Shown: positions 29,848 to 39,967 of the stretch, piece by piece | Layout of the letters: every line of letters starts with the position of its first letter | Position numbering within the stretch: the stretch's first letter is position 1 | Assembly (NCBI GenBank): GCA_041483895.1 | Contig: JBGPGO010000009.1 | Location: forward strand, 32,001-96,000 | Source of the DNA: Fimbriimonadia bacterium | Lineage (GTDB): Bacteria > Armatimonadota > Fimbriimonadia > Fimbriimonadales > JABRVX01 | Direction: 5' to 3' | Length of the DNA: 64,000 nt | Made by a program: the position numbers and the translations under genes | Notes under the pieces: model-generated | Databases searched by the model: none | The model's input: only the letters and a program-made list of their open reading frames with translations | What the model was told of the DNA's origin: nothing

Positions 29848-30138
29848 CTACAAATCAGCAATCATTTTAGATACTTCCGCGCCGTCGAATGCGCGGAGGG
29901 TTTTCGTCCGAACGTTGCCTTGCGCCGCAACGCTGGCAACCGCTTTCATGGCTGCCTCCTCATTGGGCGCGCTGATGATAGTGATAACGTCGTACTCGCC
30001 CATCGTCCAAAGCAAGGTTTCAACCTTTGCGCCGTATTTGGCTACGGCCCTGGTGAAGTCTTCGGCCCGCTTGACGGTATCTTTGATGTTCTTAACTCCC
30101 TGATCGGTCCAATTGACCAACGTGACGTATTTCGCCAT
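29848..30138 (-). CDS. GYD domain protein
   Basis: MAKYVTLVNWTDQGVKNIK...WTMGEYD...GNVRTKTLRAF. Confidence 0.9.
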   Translation of the reverse strand: MAKYVTLVNWTDQGVKNIKDTVKRAEDFTRAVAKYGAKVETLLWTMGEYDVITIISAPNEEAAMKAVASVAAQGNVRTKTLRAFDGAEVSKMIADL

Positions 30139-31591
30139 GGTAGGCCTCCTTTGATTGGTGCTTCGACGGCGTTTCCTTCCATCCTGCCAGTTTGAGGGCG
30201 ATATAGACCAGGCCGGCGGAGGAGGCGTAGTTGGCGTTGACCTGCCGTTTGGTGTCGGGGTTGATCCATTCGAAGGGCGCGCCTTGCTCGCGATGGGTGC
30301 GGATGTGGGCGATGTATTCCGACAACAGCTTTTCCGCCGCCTTGCGATCGACTTTTGATAGGGCAACGATCAGCCAGCCGGTCGGCGTCGCCCAATATCC
30401 GCCATTCTGATATTCGTCCTTGCCCGAGCTCGATCGCTCCCAATACTCGCCGCGTGGGAGATGCCGCACCTGGCCCTCTTGCACAATGGCTCCGCTGGTG
30501 TACAGCGCCAATAGATGCCGGCTGACCGCGAGGGATTCTTTTTTCGGAAGCACGTTGAGGAAGACCGCGAACGCCGACGCCCAGATGTCGTCCTGCCGAC
30601 CTAGATCTGTGGCGGAGATCATCATCGCCTCGCCGCTTTTCGTCGGCTGATAGAATGTCTTGACGATGCTCTTCTGGATCGTTTTGGCGATTGCTCGAAA
30701 TTTCGATGGGCGGTGGGATTCTTCCGATAGCTCCGCAAGGCGCACGGCCGCCTGCCAGCGCAACAGCGACGGCATGAGACATAGCCCCGATTTCCGGACT
30801 GAATCGCAGAATCCCCAATCCACCCGCCACTCAGTCTTGTCACACTGTACCAATCCTGTCGCCGGATCGGAGGCGACCGAATCAAATGCTTTCTCACACA
30901 CATCGTACAGATGCTGTTCGCCCCATCCAGTTTTCACGCTGCTCCTATAGAACGTTGTATCATGAGACAAGCGGTACTGCTCATACACCATCTGGATGAA
31001 ATAGTATGCGTCGTCTGCCGGCGGCAGAATGCCATAGCTCCCCACGCCTTGATCCACGTATGCGCCGGGATACCAGCATGCCTCGCCCTTAAGTGTGATA
31101 TGGTCGGGGATGCAGTATGCCGGTATGCGCAGACCATGATCGAACGAAAGCCCTTTCGGGCCGGGCTGGGTGGCCGCGACGACGCGAATCCAACCCTCGA
31201 CCTCCTTTTGCGGCACGAGGTCCGCGCCGAGCATCATGGCCGCGTCGCGGATCCAAAAGGCGGGGTAGTAGTTCCGGGTCCCTCCGGGAACGCGTAGCGC
31301 GTACCCCGTCGTGTTGCGGCCAGTCCCCGCGATTTCCGCCCCCGCCTCTACCATTGCCGAATCCACAACTTCGTGGGCGATGCGGTGGAGATAGTCGAGA
31401 TCGGAATCGATCCTCGCCGGCGAAATCTTATCGCGGTTAGAGGCGGCGTGAAGCATGCATGCGTGGACCGTAACCATGAATAACACGTATCGTGTGGCAG
31501 ACTGGCGCAGCGAGCAAGAATGTGACGCGATCAGCTTTGGAAGTTCGTCGCTTTTGTTCGGAAGCAAGTCAAGCATCTCCGGATGATTCAT
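30092..31591 (-). CDS. Six-hairpin glycosidase-like protein (start uncertain)
   Basis: YPAFWIRDAAM, WGFCDSV, YQNGGYWATP, PFEW; (alpha/alpha)6 glycosidase-type motifs. Confidence 0.7.
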   Translation of the reverse strand: MNHPEMLDLLPNKSDELPKLIASHSCSLRQSATRYVLFMVTVHACMLHAASNRDKISPARIDSDLDYLHRIAHEVVDSAMVEAGAEIAGTGRNTTGYALRVPGGTRNYYPAFWIRDAAMMLGADLVPQKEVEGWIRVVAATQPGPKGLSFDHGLRIPAYCIPDHITLKGEACWYPGAYVDQGVGSYGILPPADDAYYFIQMVYEQYRLSHDTTFYRSSVKTGWGEQHLYDVCEKAFDSVASDPATGLVQCDKTEWRVDWGFCDSVRKSGLCLMPSLLRWQAAVRLAELSEESHRPSKFRAIAKTIQKSIVKTFYQPTKSGEAMMISATDLGRQDDIWASAFAVFLNVLPKKESLAVSRHLLALYTSGAIVQEGQVRHLPRGEYWERSSSGKDEYQNGGYWATPTGWLIVALSKVDRKAAEKLLSEYIAHIRTHREQGAPFEWINPDTKRQVNANYASSAGLVYIALKLAGWKETPSKHQSKEAYHGEIRHVGQLDRSGS

Positions 31592-32048
31592 GGCCGAACT
31601 GCCGCATCATTTCGACCAGATCATCAGACATGTGGAAACTTGTCTTACGCAATTTCGTCAGTGCATCTGGAAAGTCGATGAGCCGTTGCTGGCCGGCGAT
31701 TCTGAGGACGCCGAGTGTGCCGATTACCTTTATCCCTTGCCGCTCGGCTACCGCCCTGGCGGCGAGCTCATCAACGATAAGACCTACGCCGAGATCAATT
31801 GCCAATGCGATAGCTGCCGCTTCGCCGGCGCCAAGGGCCGGAAATCTCGATGCATCTCCCTCTCGCACGTCAATCCAATCAGGAAGTTTCGATACCCACA
31901 CCTGAACCGCCTGTGGAGTCCGTGGATGCGAAAGCTCCGTAATCACTTGTGTTGGTACCACAATTGAACCGAAGATCGAGTGCAAAAGCCCGATGAAGTC
32001 AATTTCGACAAGATAACGAAGAGGAGAGGTATCTGAAACAATGATCAC
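31569..32048 (-). CDS. DUF3368 family PIN-domain protein (putative toxin)
   Basis: IVSDTSPL, LGAGEAAAIALA, VDELAAR..A...GIKVIGTLGVL. Confidence 0.9.
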   Translation of the reverse strand: MIIVSDTSPLRYLVEIDFIGLLHSIFGSIVVPTQVITELSHPRTPQAVQVWVSKLPDWIDVREGDASRFPALGAGEAAAIALAIDLGVGLIVDELAARAVAERQGIKVIGTLGVLRIAGQQRLIDFPDALTKLRKTSFHMSDDLVEMMRQFGHESSGDA

Positions 32049-32323
32049 CGATCGATCAATTCCTCATAACTCTTGCGATCTTGTTCGAGCATCTCCGGCG
32101 TGTATTCCTCGATTAGGCCGGAACGCGCAAAGAATTCGTCGCGATCGAGTTCGCCGTCAATACCCAATAGCTCGGCAGCCTTTCGCCGAGAAATCAGGCC
32201 TTCCCGCACGGCTTCGATGACCAATGCTTCAGAGGCCCACTGAGGCAAATTGGCTTCTCCCCGCTGCTTTGCAATCAGTTTGCGGAATTCTTCTGGAACC
32301 TCGACAGGAATAACGGTATTCAT
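32045..32323 (-). CDS. UPF0175 family protein (putative antitoxin)
   Basis: EAVREGLISRRKAAELLGI; its stop overlaps the start of the PIN gene. Confidence 0.82.
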   Translation of the reverse strand: MNTVIPVEVPEEFRKLIAKQRGEANLPQWASEALVIEAVREGLISRRKAAELLGIDGELDRDEFFARSGLIEEYTPEMLEQDRKSYEELIDR

Positions 32324-32348
32324 GGCTTCTTCAATCGACCACAGTGTA

Positions 32349-33521
<1,173 letters not shown>

Positions 33522-33633
33522 AGTCTACCAGCCCAATCCGTCCTCAGTTCTGAAGCCAGGCAACAATTGCGGGAACTTGTTTCAATGCCTGCCGGTCATA
33601 TTCAATACATAAAATTTCATTTTTGGGGGCATC

Positions 33634-35586
33634 ATGCGAACGAATGGATTATCACGCACCCTGATCCAGTCGGCAATCGTCGCCGTCGCCATGACGGCGT
33701 TCCAGGCGTCTGGCCAGAGAGCCGATTACCAATCCGAAACTGCCACGTTACGCGTTCCGTTCCTATTGGATACAACCGAAGCCATGCTCGCGAGGGACCG
33801 TCTCATGCCGCCTCCGAATGGCATCCAGGTGATTCGGAACATTTTCCAAATCACGGAGGACGAGCGCGAGGGTAAGGACGGAGGAAAGAATCCGTTCCAG
33901 GAAATCATCCCCGGCAAATATTTTCCGGGACCGAGCGAGAACGGCGGAACTCCGGGGGATCCAAATATGGCGGCCGGCCCGAACCACGTCATCGCATGCA
34001 TCAATGGTTCGATTCGATTCTATACCAAGGCCGGAGGCCTGACCTTTAGCGTGAATCCAGCGTCATTCTTCTCCGGACTCGGCGTCAGCCTCTGCTGCGA
34101 TTGCCGATGCTTCTATGATCCGGGCTCGAAGCGATTCTTTATCATGTACTTGGGGTTCGACGGCACCAACCACAGCTACTACGAGGTCGCCGTTTCGGAC
34201 GATGACAATCCTAACGGGACCTGGGCGAAATGGGTGCTGAACTCCAGCATGAACGGAACAACGCTAAGTAACTTTTGGACCGACTATCCTGGGTTTGGAT
34301 ACACTTCCGACACGCTGATATGGACCGGAAACATGTTCCCGATTTCCGGAAGCGGCAACTATGGCAAGATTCGCATTGCGGGAAAGCAGCAGTTCCTGGA
34401 CGGCTCACCCACAATAACATATACCGACTTTTGGAACTTTACAAACCCCGCCGGTGGCACAGCGTTCAGCCTCCAACCGGGAAGAACCACGGGCGCCGCG
34501 AATGTGCCCGTTGTGGTGAACGTGAGCGGCACCAATCGGGTGAATGTATTTGCCATCCAGAACCCATTGACAGCGCCCGCCCTTGTCAAGAAGTCCGTCA
34601 CTGTCTCATCGTTCGGCGGTCCAAGCGGCGGTAAGCAGCTGGGCACGACAACCAAGATCGACATGTTGGACAGTCGTGTATATGATGTCAATGTGCGCGA
34701 CAACATGATTCTCGTTACGCATAATATTTCAGGCGGCGCAGGCAGTCGCGTTCGATGGTATGAGTTGGATGGCAGCAACCTGCCGACAAGCGTTACCCTT
34801 GTGCAGCAAGGCAATATCGAGGACCCATCGTACTTCACCGGCTATGGATCGCTAAATAAGAACATGTACGGCACGATCGGTACCGGCCTCACTCGTACCA
34901 GCGCGACGGAGCACGTCGGCGTGTATTACACGGGACGCGAAGCCGGCGACGCACCGGGCACCATGAAGCCGATGACGCTCAAGCGCATCGGTGTCGCATA
35001 CAACGGCGAGAACAGCGGCGCAACCTCCCGCTGGGGCGACTACTGTGGCGGGGCTCTCGACCCGGATGATTTCACCTTCTGGGCGATCGGGATGGTGCCG
35101 GTATCCTCCGGCGCTTGGGGAACGGAAATCTACGCCTATACAATCGGAACCCCGGCGAACTTGGCCGGCAACATCCATTTGGATAGCTTTGTGGGCAGTA
35201 TCATCGGACAGGCTGCAACGCTAGAGTTTCGAAGCCCCGGAACCACCAACGTTTTGCATAGCTATCCGATTTCATTGAACGCCGGCGGTCTTTACATCAT
35301 CCCGGCGGTCGCCGTGGGAACGTTCGATCTCGCCATAAAGTTTTCGCATTGGCTCCGAACGATTCTGCCCTCGGTCACCTTCGCCCTTGGCGACAATTCG
35401 GTTGATTTCGATACCGCTAACGGTGACGCCGACGGCGACAACGTGATCGATTTGTTCGACGTCAACGCTGTTTTTGTGGTATTCGATTCGACGGACCCAT
35501 CCGGAGATCTGAATGGAGACAAAGCTGTCAATCTGGACGACCTGAATATCGCCCTAACAAGATTCGGCATGGCTGGACCGCCCTAG
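33634..35586 (+). CDS. Secreted beta-rich protein with C-terminal Ig + dockerin-like module
   Basis: Signal peptide; PGDPNMAAGPNH, WTDYPGFG, RWGDY; tail KFSHWLR...NGDADGDNVIDLFD...DLNGD..VNLDDLN. Confidence 0.8.
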   Translation: MRTNGLSRTLIQSAIVAVAMTAFQASGQRADYQSETATLRVPFLLDTTEAMLARDRLMPPPNGIQVIRNIFQITEDEREGKDGGKNPFQEIIPGKYFPGPSENGGTPGDPNMAAGPNHVIACINGSIRFYTKAGGLTFSVNPASFFSGLGVSLCCDCRCFYDPGSKRFFIMYLGFDGTNHSYYEVAVSDDDNPNGTWAKWVLNSSMNGTTLSNFWTDYPGFGYTSDTLIWTGNMFPISGSGNYGKIRIAGKQQFLDGSPTITYTDFWNFTNPAGGTAFSLQPGRTTGAANVPVVVNVSGTNRVNVFAIQNPLTAPALVKKSVTVSSFGGPSGGKQLGTTTKIDMLDSRVYDVNVRDNMILVTHNISGGAGSRVRWYELDGSNLPTSVTLVQQGNIEDPSYFTGYGSLNKNMYGTIGTGLTRTSATEHVGVYYTGREAGDAPGTMKPMTLKRIGVAYNGENSGATSRWGDYCGGALDPDDFTFWAIGMVPVSSGAWGTEIYAYTIGTPANLAGNIHLDSFVGSIIGQAATLEFRSPGTTNVLHSYPISLNAGGLYIIPAVAVGTFDLAIKFSHWLRTILPSVTFALGDNSVDFDTANGDADGDNVIDLFDVNAVFVVFDSTDPSGDLNGDKAVNLDDLNIALTRFGMAGPP

Positions 35587-35817
35587 AGTTCAATGGCGTT
35601 TGTTAAGTCCGCATTGCGCTCATGAGAGACAATTGGGAACTATCATGAATCGAACCTCAGTCAAGCAGTCCCAGCGCAAGGGTCGGCCGGATTGACAAGC
35701 AGGTAGTTTGCTATGGAAACGGGACCGGGCCAATGGCCCAGTCCCATTCCATTTCGAGCAACATTTCCGGCCAACAGCCCGCCGCCATCGTGGAATGGAA
35801 ACTCCGGAGGTGGGCAG

Positions 35818-36990
35818 ATGCGACTGTGGATGGTGGCGGCAAGCCTGTTATTTTCAATATGCGGTATCGCGCAGGAAAAGCTCGATGACCGCGCCTACGA
35901 TTCGATCACCGCGATCGTTACGAATACAAAACTCACGGGTGATGAGGCGCAGAAGATAGTCGACGCCTTAGTAAAAGCAGCGGTAAGCGATAAAAAGATA
36001 GAGCAAGCCCTGATATTTCGCTCGAGCGCCGCCCGGCTGATCCAGCGGGCAGGCCCTAGCGGCAGCCTCCTGCTCAGCCAAATGGAGGACAAGTTTTCCG
36101 ACAGCGCTTGGAATTCATTCAAAACCCTCAATAACACCTACCGGCCGGACGGTGTGCTGCCCGCGGCCCGCTATTCCAGCATATCCGCCGGGACCGTACG
36201 GAAATGGCTCGAAACCAACGAGACGAACTACGTCTATAACTCCGGGGCCAACGCCGTCGTCAGGAAGTATTCGGAACTCCGGGAACAAGGCCGCAAGCCA
36301 AGTGAAGCCCTCACGCGGATTCTCGACGCGGAGGATCCACTCCTGGATAGCGGCCTGAAATGCCTTCTGGATCAGATGCAGTCCGTTGGCGGATGGGCGC
36401 TTACAGGATACGATAAGAATGACGCAATCAAAGATACCTATGGGTTTCTCGAGGGCTACTATGCCACCTTCCATCCCGACGCGCCCGATATCGCAGGCGT
36501 TCCGAAGGTCTGTAATCCGAAGGGTATGATATCCGTCCGACTTGTGGAAGCGATTCGCGCTGACAATTCGCACATGATGGTCCCGATCCGGCCGATCATC
36601 GACCGTGCGCGAGAAACGGTCAAGCAGCCAGACCATAAGGCTCCCTTGGGAGGCTATAACCTCAACGGCAATTGGGTCGAGAAGGGCACCACCAATCGTT
36701 ATCAAATCGTCCACGAGGGCGACCAGGTCAGCATCATTCGCGTGGAGGCGAAAGGAAAGAGTCCCGCCGGCGACGTCGTGTTCATCGCGGACCTCGGCGC
36801 CAAACTGCCATCGGGCGACTTCAAGAGCAAAGGGAAGTGTTATCCGCGCGGCGGGGAACGGAATCACTACGATACCAGCCCGGCATGGGACTGGTACCTA
36901 GGTGGGTTTACCATCGAGAACAAGGACTACGTCGTCGCGGAGTGGATCGGCGGCTATTCCGGCAGCGTTTGCCTCGTACGGGTGAAATAG
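35818..36990 (+). CDS. Hypothetical secreted protein
   Basis: RBS GGAGG before ATG 35818; signal peptide MRLWMVAASLLFSICGIA. Confidence 0.7.
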   Translation: MRLWMVAASLLFSICGIAQEKLDDRAYDSITAIVTNTKLTGDEAQKIVDALVKAAVSDKKIEQALIFRSSAARLIQRAGPSGSLLLSQMEDKFSDSAWNSFKTLNNTYRPDGVLPAARYSSISAGTVRKWLETNETNYVYNSGANAVVRKYSELREQGRKPSEALTRILDAEDPLLDSGLKCLLDQMQSVGGWALTGYDKNDAIKDTYGFLEGYYATFHPDAPDIAGVPKVCNPKGMISVRLVEAIRADNSHMMVPIRPIIDRARETVKQPDHKAPLGGYNLNGNWVEKGTTNRYQIVHEGDQVSIIRVEAKGKSPAGDVVFIADLGAKLPSGDFKSKGKCYPRGGERNHYDTSPAWDWYLGGFTIENKDYVVAEWIGGYSGSVCLVRVK

Positions 36991-37061
36991 TCGCCCGACG
37001 TGTTCGTTTGTAGTTAGAATAAAGGGCATAGTCGGGTCGTATTTGCGTTCATAATCGGTCT

Positions 37062-38285
37062 ATGCCCAAGTTTGACCCGATCGAGTCGTTTGCCGACATG
37101 CAGCATGAATTTGGCGAGCATGGTGGTGTCAACATGTCCATCGAGGCTAGCACCACGTTCACATTTTCAGACCCGAAAATCATACCAGAGATTTTCCACG
37201 GCCACCTCGGACCCGACCAGGGCGGGTGCTACCTGTATGGCCGCCACTTCAATCCTACCGTGTACGTCCTGGGCCGTGAGCTCGCGGCGCTCGAGGGGAC
37301 GGAAAGCGCCTATTGCGCTTCGAGCGGAATGGGCGCTATCGCGGCGACCATCTTGCAGCTCTGCGACCATGGCGACCACGTGATATGCAGCCACACAGTC
37401 TATGGCGGCACGTTCGCCCTCCTGCGCGAGTTCCTCCCCGCGAAGGCCGGCTTACGGGTCAGCTTCGTCGATATCAGCAACCATGCCGAAGTGGAGGCTG
37501 AGTTCACCGGCCAAACCAAGGTGCTCTACTGTGAAACCCTTTCCAACCCCACTCTTGTGGTCCCCGACCTTCCCGAGTTGGCGGAGATCGCCCACCGTCA
37601 TGGCGCGAAGCTGGTCGTCGATAACACTTTCTGCCCGCTCATCGTTTCCCCGGCGCAACACGGCGCGGACGTGGTCCTCCATAGTCTCACCAAATTCATC
37701 AGCGGTTCTTCCGACATCATTGCCGGGGCCATCTGTTCGAGCAAGGAGTTCATTGCGGATCTGATGAGCGTGCATATGGGCGCCCTCATGCTTCTCGGAC
37801 CGACCATGGATCCGCATGTGGCATTTCAGCTCAGCCTCCGCCTGCCGCATCTCGGCATGCGGATTACAGAGCACAGCCGCCGAGCGCTGATTTTCAGCGA
37901 ACGACTTACCCAGATGGAAGTCCACGTCGTCTATCCTGGACTTCCAAGCCATCCGCAACATGCTCTGCTAAAGCGGCTCTCGAACGACCAATTCGGCTTT
38001 GGAGGCATCTTCGGCATAGACATGGGGACGTCCGACCGCGCCGACGAATTGATGCGAATCCTGCAAAACAAATACCGCTTCGGATATCTAGCCGTAAGTC
38101 TCGGCTACTTCGACACGCTGATGTCCTGCTCGGCCACGTCAACGTCCAGCGAAATGTCCGACGAAGAGCTTAGGGAGGCGGGGATTTCGCCGGGACTAGT
38201 GCGCATCTCGATTGGATACACCGGCAGCGTGGAGCAGCGCTGGTCCCAACTGCATGCCGCGTTGCGCGAACTTGGGGTCGGTTAG
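37062..38285 (+). CDS. Methionine gamma-lyase-like PLP enzyme (Cys/Met metabolism family)
   Basis: HEFGEHGGVNMSIEAS, YGRHFNPT, SSGMGAI, VVDNTF, HSLTKFISG, AVSLG, GLVRISIG. Confidence 0.9.
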   Translation: MPKFDPIESFADMQHEFGEHGGVNMSIEASTTFTFSDPKIIPEIFHGHLGPDQGGCYLYGRHFNPTVYVLGRELAALEGTESAYCASSGMGAIAATILQLCDHGDHVICSHTVYGGTFALLREFLPAKAGLRVSFVDISNHAEVEAEFTGQTKVLYCETLSNPTLVVPDLPELAEIAHRHGAKLVVDNTFCPLIVSPAQHGADVVLHSLTKFISGSSDIIAGAICSSKEFIADLMSVHMGALMLLGPTMDPHVAFQLSLRLPHLGMRITEHSRRALIFSERLTQMEVHVVYPGLPSHPQHALLKRLSNDQFGFGGIFGIDMGTSDRADELMRILQNKYRFGYLAVSLGYFDTLMSCSATSTSSEMSDEELREAGISPGLVRISIGYTGSVEQRWSQLHAALRELGVG

Positions 38286-38306
38286 CGGGTAAGATACCGC
38301 GTCCAT

Positions 38307-38384
38307 CGGGGCGTAGCGCAGTTTGGTTAGCGCGCCTGCTTTGGGAGCAGGAGGCCGCCAGTTCGAATCTGGCCGCCCCGACCA
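38307..38384 (+). tRNA. tRNA-Pro(TGG)
   Basis: CGGGGCGTAGCGCAG..., anticodon arm CCTGC-TTTGGGA-GCAGG, CCA end. Confidence 0.95.
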
Positions 38385-38397
38385 TCCCTGGATTCGA

Positions 38398-38485
38398 TGG
38401 CGGAGAGGGTGGGATTCGAACCCACGGAGCCTCGCGACTCACCGCATTTCGAGTGCGGCGCACTAGACCACTATGCGACCTCTCC
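38398..38485 (-). tRNA. tRNA-Ser(CGA)
   Basis: GGAGAGG acceptor stem, CCGCA-CTCGAAA-TGCGG, long variable arm, CCA end. Confidence 0.95.
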
Positions 38486-38488
38486 CAT

Positions 38489-38564
38489 TGGCGCCCCCGG
38501 AGGGAATCGAACCCCCGACGCCTTCCTTAGGACGGAAGCGCTCTATCCACTGAGCTACGGAGGC
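38489..38564 (-). tRNA. tRNA-Arg(CCT)
   Basis: CTTCC-GTCCTAA-GGAAG anticodon arm, GGTTCGATTCC, CCA end. Confidence 0.95.
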
Positions 38565-38672
38565 ACTGGTGCGCACGAATCTAGCATGGGGCATCCCGAG
38601 AAGTCAACATAGCAATCGGAATGGCCCGCCTGCGAAGGATGTCGACAGAACGGGCCACCGAAAAGATCGCGT

Positions 38673-39935
38673 TCAATAACGGAACGTTACTTGAATGAAG
38701 CCGTAGTCCGAATCATGATCGTTGCCGCTGTTCAGCGCTTTGATGAGATCGCCCGGCATAAATCGGGCATAGCCGAATCGCAGCTGCCAGCTTGGATTGA
38801 ACCGGTACCAAAACTGGAGGTCGAGCTCCTTGCCGACATCCCGTCCGGAACTCCCGGTCGGATCTTGGAAAATGCCGTTCGATCCTGAATTGGCTCCGCC
38901 GTCGTTGCCGTACCATGCGTCCTTTTCGTTATCGAGTTGGAATATCTGGTAGGACACGGCGCCCACCAGTTTCTGGGTCGGATGCGCGGACAGCTCGAAG
39001 CTGACGTATCGCAAGTTGCTCAAGCCCTGAAAATCGGCGATACCATAGTAGTTATGGTTCGATGGATAGAGTTGGTCGAACGTCTTGACCTTGCTGTCGT
39101 TCGGATCCCCGCCGGACGCGAACGTCCCCTCAACCTCAAACCGGGGCGACCAGCGGCCCGTGAAGTTGTAACCCAGGTCTACACTTGCCATTGAGGCCTG
39201 AATGTCACGGCCCTGGTTCTTCCCAAACTGTGCGGCCAACTGCGCCTCCAGTTCGAAGCGGTTGGTAAATTCATGCTCGAACCGCCCGCCCAGGGTGCTC
39301 TCATCAATGTCGCCCGCCCCGCCGGATGTGTGCTTCTGGAACCAAAAGACATCGAGCATTCCGCTCTTGCGCTTCCATGACGAATAAAGGCCGAACAGGT
39401 CCGGGTGCGTCGTGTCGGCGCCGTTGACGCCCAGCGTTCCGCCGAACCCCGTTACGCTCCAGTTGCCTCTCTTATAGTCCAACCTGCCGGAGTCCCACGA
39501 ACGCGCAGTGTAGTCCCAGTCGTTCTCTCCGACCAATCGCTGATCCCCCAGCGAAATCGTCTGACGGCCGCCGGTGAAGGTGAAACCCTGATCCTTCTCG
39601 GATTGCCAGCGGAAATACGCTTGGAACAGGTCGAAGTCGTGCGTGTTATCGTTTCGCGGCTCCGACCAAAACTGGTCAAACGCCTCTTGCGGTTGAACAA
39701 AGAGCGTAATCCCCTGGCTCGGGTTGGTCATCCCGAATCCGACGCGAATCCGGCCGAACAGGTCCGAGCGGTTGTCGTCGTTTCCGGAGAAGAAATCGCG
39801 GTCGTTGGTGCCCAGGCCGCGAACGCGGGCTTCAACCGAAATCTTGGTCTCCCAGTCGGTATCTGCCGCCCAAGCGCCAAGTGAAGCGGCGACAAGCAAA
39901 GTCGCCAACGAGTACCGAACGCCATTCCTTAGCAT
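38673..39935 (-). CDS. Alginate-export (AlgE-like) family outer-membrane beta-barrel
   Basis: Signal peptide; LFQAY, GRQTISLGDQRLVG..W....SWD, ASGGD..TFDQLYPSNH, DVGKELD; aromatic C-terminus. Confidence 0.82.
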   Translation of the reverse strand: MLRNGVRYSLATLLVAASLGAWAADTDWETKISVEARVRGLGTNDRDFFSGNDDNRSDLFGRIRVGFGMTNPSQGITLFVQPQEAFDQFWSEPRNDNTHDFDLFQAYFRWQSEKDQGFTFTGGRQTISLGDQRLVGENDWDYTARSWDSGRLDYKRGNWSVTGFGGTLGVNGADTTHPDLFGLYSSWKRKSGMLDVFWFQKHTSGGAGDIDESTLGGRFEHEFTNRFELEAQLAAQFGKNQGRDIQASMASVDLGYNFTGRWSPRFEVEGTFASGGDPNDSKVKTFDQLYPSNHNYYGIADFQGLSNLRYVSFELSAHPTQKLVGAVSYQIFQLDNEKDAWYGNDGGANSGSNGIFQDPTGSSGRDVGKELDLQFWYRFNPSWQLRFGYARFMPGDLIKALNSGNDHDSDYGFIQVTFRY

Positions 39936-39967
39936 ATCGTTCCTCCTTGATATGGCCTCGTAATACC

